From assembly GCA_030390025.1 (NCBI GenBank), contig CM059435.1, positions 37,944,001 to 38,008,000 of the forward strand: a stretch of 64,000 nucleotides of DNA, given 5' to 3'. A program made the translations under genes and the position numbers. Below are positions 1-11,754 of this stretch, one piece after another. This stretch comes from Squalus acanthias (Eukaryota). Numbering within the stretch: the first letter of the stretch is position 1; each line of letters begins with the position of its first letter. The notes beneath the pieces are model-generated. The model was given only the letters and a program-made list of their open reading frames with translations, searched no databases and was not told where the DNA came from.

Positions 1-1890
1 GAGGCATCTGGGACTCTGACTGAGGGGATGGCAATGGGGGAGAAGTGTGAGCGCTTTGTGAGGAGCCCACACATCCATGTCCCCTCTCACTGTCATCCCT
101 CTCATGGACCACCTGCTAGCAAGGAGCTGGATAGCACCTTGCTGCACATCAGTGGGGCTATGAGGAGCCATGTCTACGCTGACATCCCTCCTAGACAGGA
201 GGTCTATGAGCCTCTGCCATCTATGCTCCATAGATAGCCATCTATTCTCCATAGAGACCATGTGCTACTGTGAGTGGCGCATTAGCTGCTCCATGCAGGT
301 GGCCGTCCTATCTATGGAAGAGCCTGCAGTCGCCATAGCCTTCGACATGGTGGTGCTCATGTTGGAGATGGACTCCTCCATTCTCTGAAAATTTGCAAAT
401 ATCTCAGTCGCAAAAGCTGTCGGAGCCCCCTGCACTTCTTGCTGCACCTCCAGGATTGCCCTCTTTCTAGATGACCCCCCCCCCGAGGCTCAGCGTCTGC
501 ATGTAGCTGAGCAGAGCTAGGAGTGTCCTGCGCCCTCTAGTGAGGAGTCTCCACTGTTGTCCCTGACTCCACCATCTGCTCTTGCTCACTTGTGACAGAC
601 CCGGTGACAACACTAATCTATCTCGCGTGGGACCCACCGAGGTGTGCGTCTGCTCTGGGTGCACTTATGTCTGGTGATGCTGCATCCTCAGAGGCTGGAG
701 GCTTCTCTGAGGAGTCGTCTTCCTCTTCCTCTTGGACAGTGGGGGGCTCTTGATGGACCTGTGGGAGAGTAAAGACATGAGTTAGATATGCCATATGATG
801 AATGGGTACAGATACCACTATGCACATGATGACCATTCAGTGGCTGATGACATCAGTCCCCATATGAGTGACTGATGTATGCCGTGTAGCTGTATGATAT
901 GTAATTCTGTCACCAGGTTGCTGAGATGTAGCCCTCTCTCCGTCTCCCACCTCCAGCTGCTCAGTCACTCCCAATACTTCCAACGCAGCCTCCTCTGCTA
1001 TTGTGAGGTGGCAAATGACGGAGGGCCACTTGTAATTCTCTCCCTCTCCCTCTTTTATTGTGCGCTCTCTCTTCCTGCAAAAGGGAAAGAATAGAAGTTT
1101 GAGTAATGGAATGAGTGTAAGAATGGATGGGTTACATATTTAGAGGGAGATTATGATGGATTGGGGTGGCAATGCCAAGTGGCCTCCTTGTGTGTTAGTT
1201 GGTATGAGGGTGAGTGAGTGGTGGCTAGTAAGATGGGGATGTGATAATATAGATAGAGGGGGATGAGTGGACATGCAAGGTATGCTGGTGTGAGTAAGGA
1301 TGTGCAGGCGTAGGGGTGGGAAGACAGAGTGATGGGGATGTGATGAGAGGCGCAGCAGGATGAAGTTGAGTGTGCCTTTGTACACACCTTTCCTGATCTA
1401 ATGAGATCACTGAAACATTTCCAGCACTGCACCCAGGTCCTCCTGAATGCATCCCTGCTGTTGACCTCCTGCAATTTGGAGCCAGGCTCTTTTTGTCACC
1501 TGGGGAGGTCTCTTCCGCCCATTGGAAGGAAAGAGGTCCTCCCTGTGCTATGACTCGCTCCACAAGCATATGGAGGAAGTCATCGGAGAATCTGGGTGCA
1601 GCCCTCTGCCTCTGTGCAGTCATGTCTCCAAGTGTTTGGAGCAATCAAAGCCTCCAGTGCAGTGACTGCACACTCCTAGATGAACCTTCAAATGCAATGT
1701 GGCCAGGGCTCCTTTAAGTATCCCGGCTGAAAACGTGTCATCGATGACGTCATCAGACCCACACCATTTAATATGGCTGGGTAACGCGCAGGACGGGCTT
1801 AATAGGTCCCATTAGCGCAAAGTCGATTTCTGCAGCGGGATGGAAGCAACAAAGGGGTCGTGGCCCGCCCAGGTAAAGAAAATTCCGGCC
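1..1890 (-). mobile_element. PIF/Harbinger (PHIS)-type DNA transposon remnant, one end only, presumably inside a BCAS4 intron
   Basis: Ends in AAAATTCCGGCC (1879-1890), the same GGCC/GGGC-NN-AATTTT-type terminus as the MITEs at 3064, 29944 and 50254. Encodes a Myb/SANT-like protein remnant (next feature). Confidence 0.65.
265..1623 (-). pseudogene. Frameshifted, intron-containing Myb/SANT-like (MSANTD/trihelix) DNA-binding protein gene of a Harbinger transposon
   Basis: Exon 1623-1388 gives MTAQRQRAAPRFSDDFLHMLVERV...AWLQIA..EVNSRDAFRRTWVQCWKCFSDLIRSGK across frameshifts, then AAG|GT. Exon 1074-914 (ttgcag|EERAHNKRERERITSGPP...|GTGA) has the TGGGPP-like motif. The exon from 758 has an acidic tract and a coiled-coil-like segment (ORF 265..447). 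Confidence 0.65.
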
Positions 1891-3063
1891 AAACTCTGTA
1901 ATCTGCCCATACGTTGGTAATATTTTTCCTTTCCATCTACCCTTTCAATGGTCGGTCACTTTTTTATTCCCCCACCTCCTTCACTTAAATAACATACCTT
2001 TCATTATAGTTTTAGCAGTCACTTTGTATAACTGAATTTGTTAATAGTTGCAATTTAGTATTCACCTCCCGAGTTGCTATCTTTAAACCTCATTAACCTG
2101 TATCCCTTTTCTTAGAACATCTCATTTTGCCACATAATGTGTCTTCCACAGATGAACCATCCTGCTTATAATACCATCCTTGAAGATGTGTTCTCCTGAA
2201 AGCAGATATTTATCTCTGCATTTCTATGCTCTCCCCCCCCCCCCCCCTCCCCCCAAACCCCCAATTCACACAGCATTGCATAAATGAAGTTGTTGACCGC
2301 ACCTGTAATTCTACAAAAACAGTCATGTTCTGTGAAACTATGGTTGTCAGCCATTTTAATATGGAGCTGTCAATCCAATTTCACTGAGGATCTGCAATCC
2401 CATTGATTAGGTCATATTTTTCTTTGGACTCAATTCTCTTGAATTGCCTACCTATTGAAAAGGAATGGCTGCTAAGAAAGTGGTAACCTTGTTAGAAGTG
2501 GATGCTTTAGTTGCTTCTAGGAAATGTTCTTCTGATAAAACATATAATGCAAAATGGAGCAAATGTGTTTTCTGGTATTCATCCAAAAGATTGAATCTAC
2601 TATAATGTGAGATTGGTTGAGTTTTGGAACGACTCCAGCATCTGCAGTGCATGATCTGAAACTAAGCTGCTAACACTATTTTCCACCATTCTTCTCTGGA
2701 AGGTTGCCTTGGAAAACATTCCCTTATCAATTTGTGGAAGGAACTTGGAAATCTTAACTAACTCATTTTCCTGAAACCCCTCTCTTTGGTTTGAAGCTGA
2801 TACTTAGTATAACTTGTGAACATTCCTTTGAACCTATGCATCGTTAATGGCATTTCTTTTATAGATGATTCCACTGTTGATAGCACTAGCTTTGGCTGGA
2901 AAAATCAGTGAAATCAAGCAGCCAGAGGGGCCCAAGTTTGATATGATCACATTTTCTCGGCCTTCATCCAAAGTTCTTGGCTAAGGCAACCTTGACTTTG
3001 GTTATCAGCAGGAGGATGTCATTCCATTCTCGATATCCATTATGTGGATGCTTGAGAGATCTT

Positions 3064-3673
3064 GGGCTGAATTTTAGCACACAAATACGGGTGGGCTGGG
3101 TTTGAGTTGGATGTTAAAATTGTAAAAATGTGAACCCTGACCCCAACCTGCCCACTTCTACATTTTACGGAAGTGGGTAAGGGGCGGGCAGCTAACCTGC
3201 TTCCAGGAGGCGGGTTGGCAATTTTAATATTTTAATGAGGCTGGCAGCCTCTGATTTAACCTGCTTTGCAGTTTTTACAGTGGTTGGACAGTTTTCCCAG
3301 GCCTCGGGAAACCCGGCAGCTAAAGTGAAGTGCGTACAGCTTCGGGGAGAAAGTAAGTGCCTTCACAGCACTGCTTGGAGCAGGAGTGCTTTCCCCCTGA
3401 CGCCCACTCCACCCCCTGGGGTTGGGGATCGAACCCCCCTCAGGTTTGAAATGCCCCCCAGGTTGGGGAATCAGACATACCTGGTCCTGCAGCCTGCTCC
3501 AGAGTCCTCCCTGCCTGACTGGAAGCCAAGCCTGTCAATCAGGCTGACTTCCGGGTGGGGATCCTGTCAATGACAGAAGACACGCGCTGTGCGGGGAAAC
3601 CCGGACTTTAGGGTTTCCCGTCCGAACTCCACTGCCCCCCACCTACGTAACCCGCCTCACTTAATATCCAAGC
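3064..3673. mobile_element. Non-autonomous Harbinger-like MITE (degenerate TIRs)
   Basis: GC/CpG-rich ~610 bp island starting GGGCTGAATTTT and ending in a degenerate inverted copy (AATATCCAAGC). No coding capacity; TSD not clean. Confidence 0.5.
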
Positions 3674-3984
3674 TTTTGAATCTATAATAATAGTCAAATG
3701 CTTTTCTTCTACAGAATACAAAAACTGGTACTACCATTGTAAAATAAAGATTGTCAAAATAAGTAGTTGAATGTGTGCTATATTATCATCGCCAGCAGAG
3801 TAAGGTTACACATATGGCTTTGGATCGCTTCACTAGTTCCATGTCTGCTTGCGCTAACTTATAAAGCTGCTCTGGATTGCATATTCCCAAGAAGGCTCAC
3901 AAAAAATAATTATTTGTGAGCCATCCCATCCTTATGTAATGGTTGCAAATATGAATTCAATTTCATTAAGTTACTTTTATGAGG

Positions 3985-4140
3985 GTGGTGGGAACTAGGT
4001 TAGATAGCACACTAGCCTTTCACCTGTGTACGTGGATTTGAATCCAGCTCAGACTAATGGACATCGTCTTTGTCTGTTGAAATTAAATAATTATGTGAAA
4101 TGAAAGAAAACTGCTCTGATTTGGCACGAATTTGCAATCT
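3985..4140 (+). mobile_element. Old tRNA-derived SINE fragment (LF-SINE-like head)
   Basis: GCCTTTCACCT...GGATTTGAATCCAGC.CAGAC: degenerate B box in the context typical of LF-SINE-like heads. Confidence 0.4.
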
Positions 4141-5459
4141 TGCTTTGGCCACTCCTCTGGTTTATGTGCGAAATGGAAAATTCCACAGTGGAGGGGGACG
4201 AATATCCTGAGGTTGCAGTAGATTAGAGGGAGTTTCACTCTGGTTACTGCATCTAACTGCTATCTGGCTGTTATGTCTAACCTGGAAGTTCTTGGTGCTA
4301 ATACAAGGTGCCCACATTGGAAATGTCTCTTTGCCTAGTGCTAACATCCCTCCATGTAGTGAATACAAATATCATAAATAAAAATTTATTTTTAATAATT
4401 CAAATGTTGTCTCACATGTCAGGATGACTGCAGATATTCCCCAGTTCCTGCACTTGTGATGTGTAATAACAAAGGAGGGCCTGAATCGGAATTTGGCACT
4501 CCGAGAATTCAGTGGTAATTCCCTGTAAAAATTTTTATTTTAGCAATTTACTTCTCTCCCACTGGGCAAGTCATTTAAGATTTTGAAAGGATGGGAAGGC
4601 CAAGGGTACTGCCCATATGATGGAAGTACACTAATGAAATAAAATGTTATTGGGAGTAGGCACTGAAATGGGGGAGTAATCAACTAGGAGTCATGTAATT
4701 AATTCTACGGTGCTTGCTAAGCTCTCTTTATATATTAAAAAAATCCTGGGAGCTGACTGCAGTTGGCCTAAAATGGAGGACAGCCATTGCCTTACTGTAA
4801 TGTATATCACACTTTTTAAAGCTGAGCATTGTTAGAGAGCCATTGAATAATAGACAAGAATAGGTATTCTCCTATGTTTTGTTGGGAGGAATTTCACCTT
4901 CCTCTACCCCCGCCCCCCCCCCCCCTCCCAAGTATCTAATGGCAAAAAGTTTTCAGAATTTATTTTACATCTTATTGTCTGTTGCTTTATAAGGCAAGAC
5001 ACAAGTACACATTTATTTAAGAACTGTAGTAACTCCCCTAGTTTCCTCCTATTGTCTGTTAATGTTCTTGTTAGCATTCAGAAAAACTTCTAATTTTAAA
5101 GTTTGCAAGGCTAAACAGAAACTACCTTTTTGTTGCAAGAATAACTCCTTCAATCTTTTAAGATGTGATATTTTGATCCTTTATTTTCAGTCTTTGCTCA
5201 TTCATCCATCTCTTTCTCTCTTGCTCACTCTCTCTCTCTACAGAGATGCTATATAATACACACAATGCCTCTCTAAACAAATCTATGTCCAGAATCTACC
5301 TTAGTAAAGTGGATTGGAGAAACAGCAAATTAATATCATACAGTTAATACACATAGGAAAAATAGTTTCAAGAAGTTAACTAATGATAAACTGATCATTT
5401 AGAATTAAATTCAGTGCGAATCTATCTTTTTTTCTCTCTGAATTTCCCCGCTCTCTTTA

Positions 5460-5830
5460 GTTCCTGAAGTTGTTGGCTCCTTGTTAAGGTACAATTCACT
5501 ATTGCTATTCCCTCTCTCATTACCCACATTAGTGGCTGTTATTCATACGTGTGACTTGACGGTATGTGCCTGCAGACTATTGAAACAGAAAGGGCATTAT
5601 AGCTGAGTTTGATCCCGCCTCCCCCACACATGATCTTTCTCACTTTTGCTTTTCCAACCAGGGTCACTAAATATCGTGATCAGGATTGAGATCCTGTCCA
5701 GTGTTCCTCTCTAGCTTGGGTGCTGAAGCCAATTGTTGTATGCTGACTGCTGCCTGGGTGACATCAATTAACTTAGCACAGACTGGAGATTAAACCTGGG
5801 ACCTTCCTGGTTTGTGTGGCTTGCATCATC
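5460..5830 (-). mobile_element. Old tRNA-derived SINE (multi-copy family in this window)
   Basis: Shares blocks (AAACCTGGGAC, CTGAGCCTGATCC-like, CCAGCAGGGG-like) with copies at ~16.3, 44.8, 56.3 and 58.7 kb. Confidence 0.5.
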
Positions 5831-6643
5831 GATTTATTTATAATCCAACAGTAGTTCTTGTATTTTCTAATTTAGTGATGTGATACGCGCCTATGGTGCA
5901 GCCTCAAAGCCCGGCCCCCCCCTCTCGTCCCTCCTGCTCTTCCAAGAACAAAGTTAAGGAAGAGAATTCCCAATGGGAAACCCATTTTGTTTTGTCTGTA
6001 AAGATGATGGCAGCCCTTCAACAAATGACACAGTAGGTGGCAACAGCGAAAGAAAGAAACAAAAATTATATGGAAGTTAGGTTTTTACAACACATTCAAA
6101 TGTGTCAACTTGTCCCTCTAACTTCTGCCTTCAGGTTAATGCCCAGCAACCCTAAATGCAAGATTCAGACTGGCATGAATATGAATCCGTGTAAATGAGC
6201 TGGAAATTATGGATATTGAGGCATACAAGTCACAACATCATTAGCCTTGTTTACATGTGCCCACCTACTTTTGGGAAAGTAGTTCTGCTGTTTGCCATAA
6301 ATGGAGTGGGTGTAATGGATCTGCACCCTGTCCACCCAGTCACTGACTTTAAATTGGACAGAACCCCCAGAAAATCTAGGCAGATGAGTGCAATGCAAGG
6401 TTGTATTAGTTTAGCTTTAAATTTCTTGGCTAATGTGTTTTTTTAAATATCTGTTCTATTGCTGTAGTAGGGCTTTTGTGCTTTCACCATTTACAGATTT
6501 TCCAGAATCATTCTAGTGTTGCAAGAAGGATCTTAGTTTTTATGCAACATGAAGTCAGGCACAGCTTTTGGTTGAAAAATGGTAGATTCTTAGTTTTGAC
6601 ATAAAGATAAATATTTTGTGGGTATTCTAATTCTTTATCACAG

Positions 6644-6778
6644 ACTTTTGTGAAGATGGTTGGACAGAATGCAGCTACACTGGAGGAACAAGTGGTTCAG
6701 GCAGAAAAGGACTGTGGAAACTTGCCTCACGCTGTTCGCAAACTTCTACATTCAATCAGTGCACCTTCATTTCTAAAT
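6644..6778 (+). CDS. BCAS4: BCAS4 (breast carcinoma amplified sequence 4; cappuccino/BLOC1S4-like) penultimate coding exon
   Basis: ttctttatcacag|135 bp, phase 0|GTAAGT. Translates TFVKMVGQNAATLEEQVVQAEKDCGNLPHAVRKLLHSISAPSFLN, matching recalled human BCAS4 AFVKMVGHHVAFLEADVLQAERDHGAFPQALRRWLGSAGLPSFRN. Position next to ADNP matches human synteny. Confidence 0.9.
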
Positions 6779-7143
6779 GTAAGTAAGGTAAAAGCACAAA
6801 GCTGATACATAAAGCAGAAAATATAGTTTTGTTCCTTGATCGCCTGTTCAGTGTCACAACTGTCAGCATTAGGGGATACATATCTGGTTCTTTGACTTAA
6901 GTTTCAGAATGTGTAAAGTGTGAAATTGTACCTGGTCCACCCTTAGTAGCACCATTGACTATTTTTTGATTTTGTTTTGTTGGGACTGATCTTTGTCACC
7001 GAGGTAGTCTTTTGTAGCAAACCAATACACTGAACAAGACACCAATGTGTTCATATAAAGGCAGCTGTATTCCAGTTATTGCTTCTCTTCAATCACTTTT
7101 TCTGAACTTTAGCACATTTAGTGGATTTTTCTTTCTGTTGCAG

Positions 7144-7263
7144 AAGAAACGCAGCGGCCCCAACCAACAGAACTCAACATATGAGCTGCCCAATCTATAC
7201 AGAACTGAAGCCTATTTTCCTGAGAGTCCTGATAAGGAGTGCTTCAACAAACCAAACACCTGA
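7144..7263 (+). CDS. BCAS4: BCAS4 last coding exon
   Basis: tttttctttctgttgcag| KKRSGPNQQNSTYELPNLYRTEAYFPESPDKECFNKPNT*. Contains the YELPxLYRTExYF motif of BCAS4/cappuccino C-termini and is in frame with the previous exon. Confidence 0.9.
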   Translation, partial: KKRSGPNQQNSTYELPNLYRTEAYFPESPDKECFNKPNT

Positions 7264-7570
7264 TTGTCACACTGTTTTCCACAAGCTAGGAGGACAATTT
7301 TCATCAGGAATATACCACTTGCATTGACATGAAGAACATAACTGAACATGTTGTTGCAAGTCTTGTACAGTTTATTTTGTCACCTAGTTCCATCTGGATG
7401 AAAAGTGGTATGTAGTTATTGAAATTATGGAGATGTTTTCTGTGAAATATAACACTACTTCTACTAGGAAGAATGGACTTACATGAAGAAACTGGGGCAT
7501 CAGTTTTTTTGGAATACTGTAGGTTAGCAGTGGAAGATTATAAAAACCTGTACGTAGCAGTAGTCCCAAC

Positions 7571-7733
7571 CAACGTTCCCGTTAAGCTGCGCGGCCGTGC
7601 AGCAGTCTGGAGGTCCCCCGCAAGCCGCTCATCGGCTTTTATTGGGAGAAACCACGCATGTGCGAAAATTTGAATGGGCCGCGCAGCCAGTTAAAGGGAC
7701 CACGCACAAAAAAAAAAATTAGAGGGAAAATTG
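7571..7733. mobile_element. hAT-type MITE (163 bp) in the presumptive BCAS4 3' UTR
   Basis: TIRs CAACGTTCCC / GGGAAAATTG. Perfect 8-bp TSD GTCCCAAC (7563-7570, 7734-7741). Confidence 0.85.
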
Positions 7734-8554
7734 GTCCCAACCTACCAATGCAGCATGTTTTACAGAACCTCAAAGCTGCTGGCCAGCAAGTCCCAATATG
7801 GTGCTTTTTGTTTTTTTTCCCTTGATAATGCAAGGGACACAAATTAAGTTACCATATTATGAATATCAAAGTACATATTTGAAGTAAATTCAGAAATGAA
7901 GTCTAGCATGTTTGACAGTGGTTCTCCTTAATTATGTGAAACAAAGGTACCTTGAAAATAGAGTACAGTTTGGCACAGGTATGCATACCCAGTCCAAGCA
8001 CAAAATCTTAATATTCTGAATTACCTCTAATTTAGTACCGTTGTTTAGAATTCCTTATGTACCATAACATTTAAACTTACAATCTTGATTCAATCATGAA
8101 ATAATCATTAATCAATATACATGAATATTCTAAACACAAGAACACTTTTCCTGTCATGGGAAGATTATTAGACATTTTATTTTCCAGTAAAGTACTCGAG
8201 TCTAACTTCATTTGTCTTTTTCTGAAAACAATGCTTCCTGTCATAGGATGTGAAGCTAAACCGCCCTAATGATGGTGGTAAAGTCAAAATGGGAATATAG
8301 TGGAAGAAAACAAAAGGTCAAACAAGAAAATATAAAAAATTAACTATTTAAAAAAAAACAAATGAGTTGACGGCTGCCATTAAGTCAAGGTTCAGATGGC
8401 CATACAGATTGTGCAGACTTTGCTCTTATTTATGATATCCAAACCAGTGGCATACAACTTTTTTTTAGTACAATCCTACCTATCTGAAGAATACGATAAG
8501 TTTTATCTCTCTTTTTCCACTGGCGTTTGTATTTTCCACTAATAGTAATACAAT

Positions 8555-8752
8555 TGCCCCAGATTTTCCACATGGCTCTGTGTTGTGATAGGAAGAGGAG
8601 CTGTTTTACATCATTACAATGCTGGACAAGAATTATCTGTTAAAACACACTTCCTGTCAACTAACCACATTATAATTCTTGTCCAGCGATACAGAGGTGC
8701 AAAAAGCACCTCTTCTATTAAGTGATGCAGCCATGGGCAGAAACTTGGCAGC
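8555..8752. repeat. Old palindromic MITE / long imperfect inverted repeat
   Basis: GCTGGACAAGAATTAT (~8622-8637) pairs with ATAATTCTTGTCCAGC (~8673-8688). Flanking GAAGAGG/CCTCTTC and CATGGCT/AGCCATG are also inverted. Confidence 0.55.
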
Positions 8753-10224
8753 AGTTAAAATGCTATTGATAGAAGATACAAACTCTAGTGAAAAGCTTTG
8801 AAAGGATAGTTAAGTATTTATGATATAGGAGATAAATGGTGGATAGGTTTGCATTATAAAAATGGAGCTTGTGTCCCTTGTTTGCATAAATTCAACTAGA
8901 GTTAAACTTCACTTGTTGATTGCACTCAGGTTGCTGGAGCATGTATTAGGGCATCTAACCCGTGTAAAATTTCTGTCTGCTTTTGCCAGCATGATCAAAT
9001 TTGTCTCCGACTACACCAGTATGTCGCTAAATATGTGCAATTTAAAAAAAAAAGCAAATTGCTCAAACTTTGCACTTGAGGTTCATCCTACCCTTTGCAC
9101 TTGAGGTTCATGCATTTCCAATCATTTATTTTCTACATAGTATATGCAGAATGTTGGAACTGATAGCCTTATTGGAAAGTGTAGATTATTATTTCCTGTA
9201 ATTTTGCAGAGCAGACATATTTTGTGCTGATGCGTCTCTTTATCTCCCACCCATTGTTATTTAGTATCAGTGGCCTTCTCGTCTATGCAAGCTGACTCTT
9301 GGCGTAATGCCAATTTTTTTATGCACAGAAATTAGTGGCAGAATGATTGCATGTGTTTGTATAGCATACAAAATGACGTGGTCAGAGTGGAATTACAGGC
9401 ATATATTGAGTATTGCTTGTACTTAGTCATGTGACAACTGTTGTGTAATTCATCTCGGATTGCCCCTTTATTCCGCTTGTTTAAATTATCAATCCAACAT
9501 ACTTATTGTTGTTCACTAGTTTCTTGGTAAAAATCCTATTTTTTGCATTATTTTAATTAAATTCAGATGCACAATTATTCATTTTAAATGAGTTTAGGTA
9601 CCGATATTACATTGTTTTAAAAATAACACTCTCGATTCAATCTAATTACTTATTAGAATTTAGCTATATATTAAAGGTGATTACATGTGTACAGACACCC
9701 ACATGTATTGGTACTGTTTTAATTTTGTCATTTTATAATTCTTGATCTGTAGCTTCAGGGTAGTTTGAACAACTTCCAAATGTTCAGTATGGGAATGTTA
9801 TTCAATTTTGTGCTGGTTAGATATTGCATATTACATAAATGGCAATTATTTAAATCAGTTAATTTCAGTTAATTTTTTTGTGTTCCTAATTTCACCTGAC
9901 AAAGATTTGATTAAGATTGGCTAAAAATGTACCATAATTGCATTTTGGATGTATACATGTTTTGACTAGAAAAAGGCTAAATTATGATGCTGGAGCACTA
10001 ATCTTTAGATCTTCCACCCAGAGATATTTTCTCAACTGATTCATGGACTGTTAGTTTCTGTCATTAAGGTAAAGGAACACAATAGTACAATTCTATAAAT
10101 AATAATTGTTGCAATTCGAATACTACTGCAGGTAAATGTAACCCAATTCTAGCATTTTTGTGTAGTAGTTGCTTGTTCTTTTGTAATATCTGGTATGCCT
10201 TATGTTAGCTTTGGTAACCACATA

Positions 10225-10533
10225 CATGGGAAAGAAATAGCGCCTCTACCACCTAGGACCATGGCAGCAGGCGCATGGGAACACCAGCACCTGCAAGTTC
10301 CCCTCCAAGTCACACACCATTCTCACTTGGAAATATATTGCCGTTCCTTCATCGTCGCTGGGACAAAATCCAGGAACTCCCCACATAACAGCACTGTGGG
10401 AGTACCTTCACCACACGGACTGCAGCGGTTCAAGAAGGCGGCTCACCACCACCCTCTCGAAGGCAATTAGGGATGGGCAATAAATGCTGGCCTTCCCAGC
10501 GATGCCCACATCCAGTGAATGAATTTTAAAAAA
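10225..10533 (+). mobile_element. 3' end of a non-LTR retrotransposon (CR1/L2-group, Crack-like)
   Basis: Encodes the RT C-terminus (..RSFIVAGTKSRNSPHNSTVGVPSPHGLQRFKKAAHHH), followed by a 3' UTR with AATAAA and an A-rich tail. Confidence 0.65.
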
Positions 10534-11754
10534 GACACTCATCGGCTAGCTGCTAAGTGTGTGATGTATTAATTTTCTAAATTGGTGCCAGCACAGATAT
10601 ATCCATTAAGTCCTGTAGCGCATGGTGTTGGACCCTCATGGTGTCTGGCCATGATTGTTGCCTTCTTTCAGGATACAACTTCAAAAGTTGACTAAGTATA
10701 AAATTTTACAGCCAGGGCTGTAAAATTGTCTGAAGACTTCAAAATCCCTCCTCTAAGACAGGCTATAAGTATAGGAAGCACCACAACTATTCACAAGTGA
10801 GGTCATCGGCAACATCCATCCTCAAGCAGAGATGGCTAATTAATGACTTTGATATATATGAGATGGGAGTCCTAGACAGGTTAAGAAGGCTCAAAATGTA
10901 ATAAATCTCCAAGGATAGATAATATTTATACCAGCATACCAAGAGAAACTAGGTAGTGACAATTATTATGAGGGCGTCCCTAGACGCCAGGGAGGTGCTA
11001 GTTGATCGATCAATACGTGAAATGGATTTCCAGAGTCCTAGATGGCTGGACAATGGGTTGCCAATGACCTCACACCAACAACGAGCTGGTGATAGTTTTG
11101 ATTTGTCACTTGACAGTTGAGATCAAGCTTTCTCTCTGTAAAAAAAGCCAGTCTGCTGTGAGTTGCAGTTTAAAACAGTCAGCGAGGCAGAGAATTTGTT
11201 GGTGACTAGTTTAAAGAACATTGCCTTGTAAAGTGAATCAAAGCCCATATCAAGGGCTGAGCTTGTGCATTTTTTGTTATGAGGAGCAACAGGAAATAGA
11301 GTTTTACTGAAAACTAGTCTGTTCAGTCATGTATTGTGTAATAGAAACCAGTTTTTTGGTTTACAATTGGCCTCATCTTACTAGAGTGCTTATCAGTTGA
11401 TCTTACAGAAGTGAGAAATGCATAGGGGGGCACTTGTGAGATGAAGGAATCCACCATACACAATGAGGGGTCTTATTGTTATGGCCCCTGGGTCACACCA
11501 TCATATGACTAGATATTTGGCAGTAAAGGTAAGCTTCTGATCATAGGGGATGTGGGTCCACTTACAGGAGTGTCCAGTGGCACTGAACCCAAGAGAATGT
11601 AGAGTAAACCTGAAATTTGCAACGGGCCTAGGAATCTACATAGACTTAACATGTCCAATCAATGCAGAGCATCAAAATGTAAATAGAATGTTGAAACTAT
11701 ATAGCCAAACGTAGAGTAAGTCAGAATCAAACTGTAGTGCTCTGGTCATACCAT

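Noticed and set aside
5241-5350. Possible upstream BCAS4 exon (polypyrimidine + CAG; MSRIYLSKVD resembles MRGIYAKVD)
   Set aside because: Similarity is short, the frame runs into a stop without a suitable donor, and the phase does not fit. Earlier BCAS4 exons are probably left of the window.
9068-9111. 19-bp direct repeat CTTTGCACTTGAGGTTCAT with a 6-bp spacer
   Set aside because: Simple local slippage duplication with no further structure.
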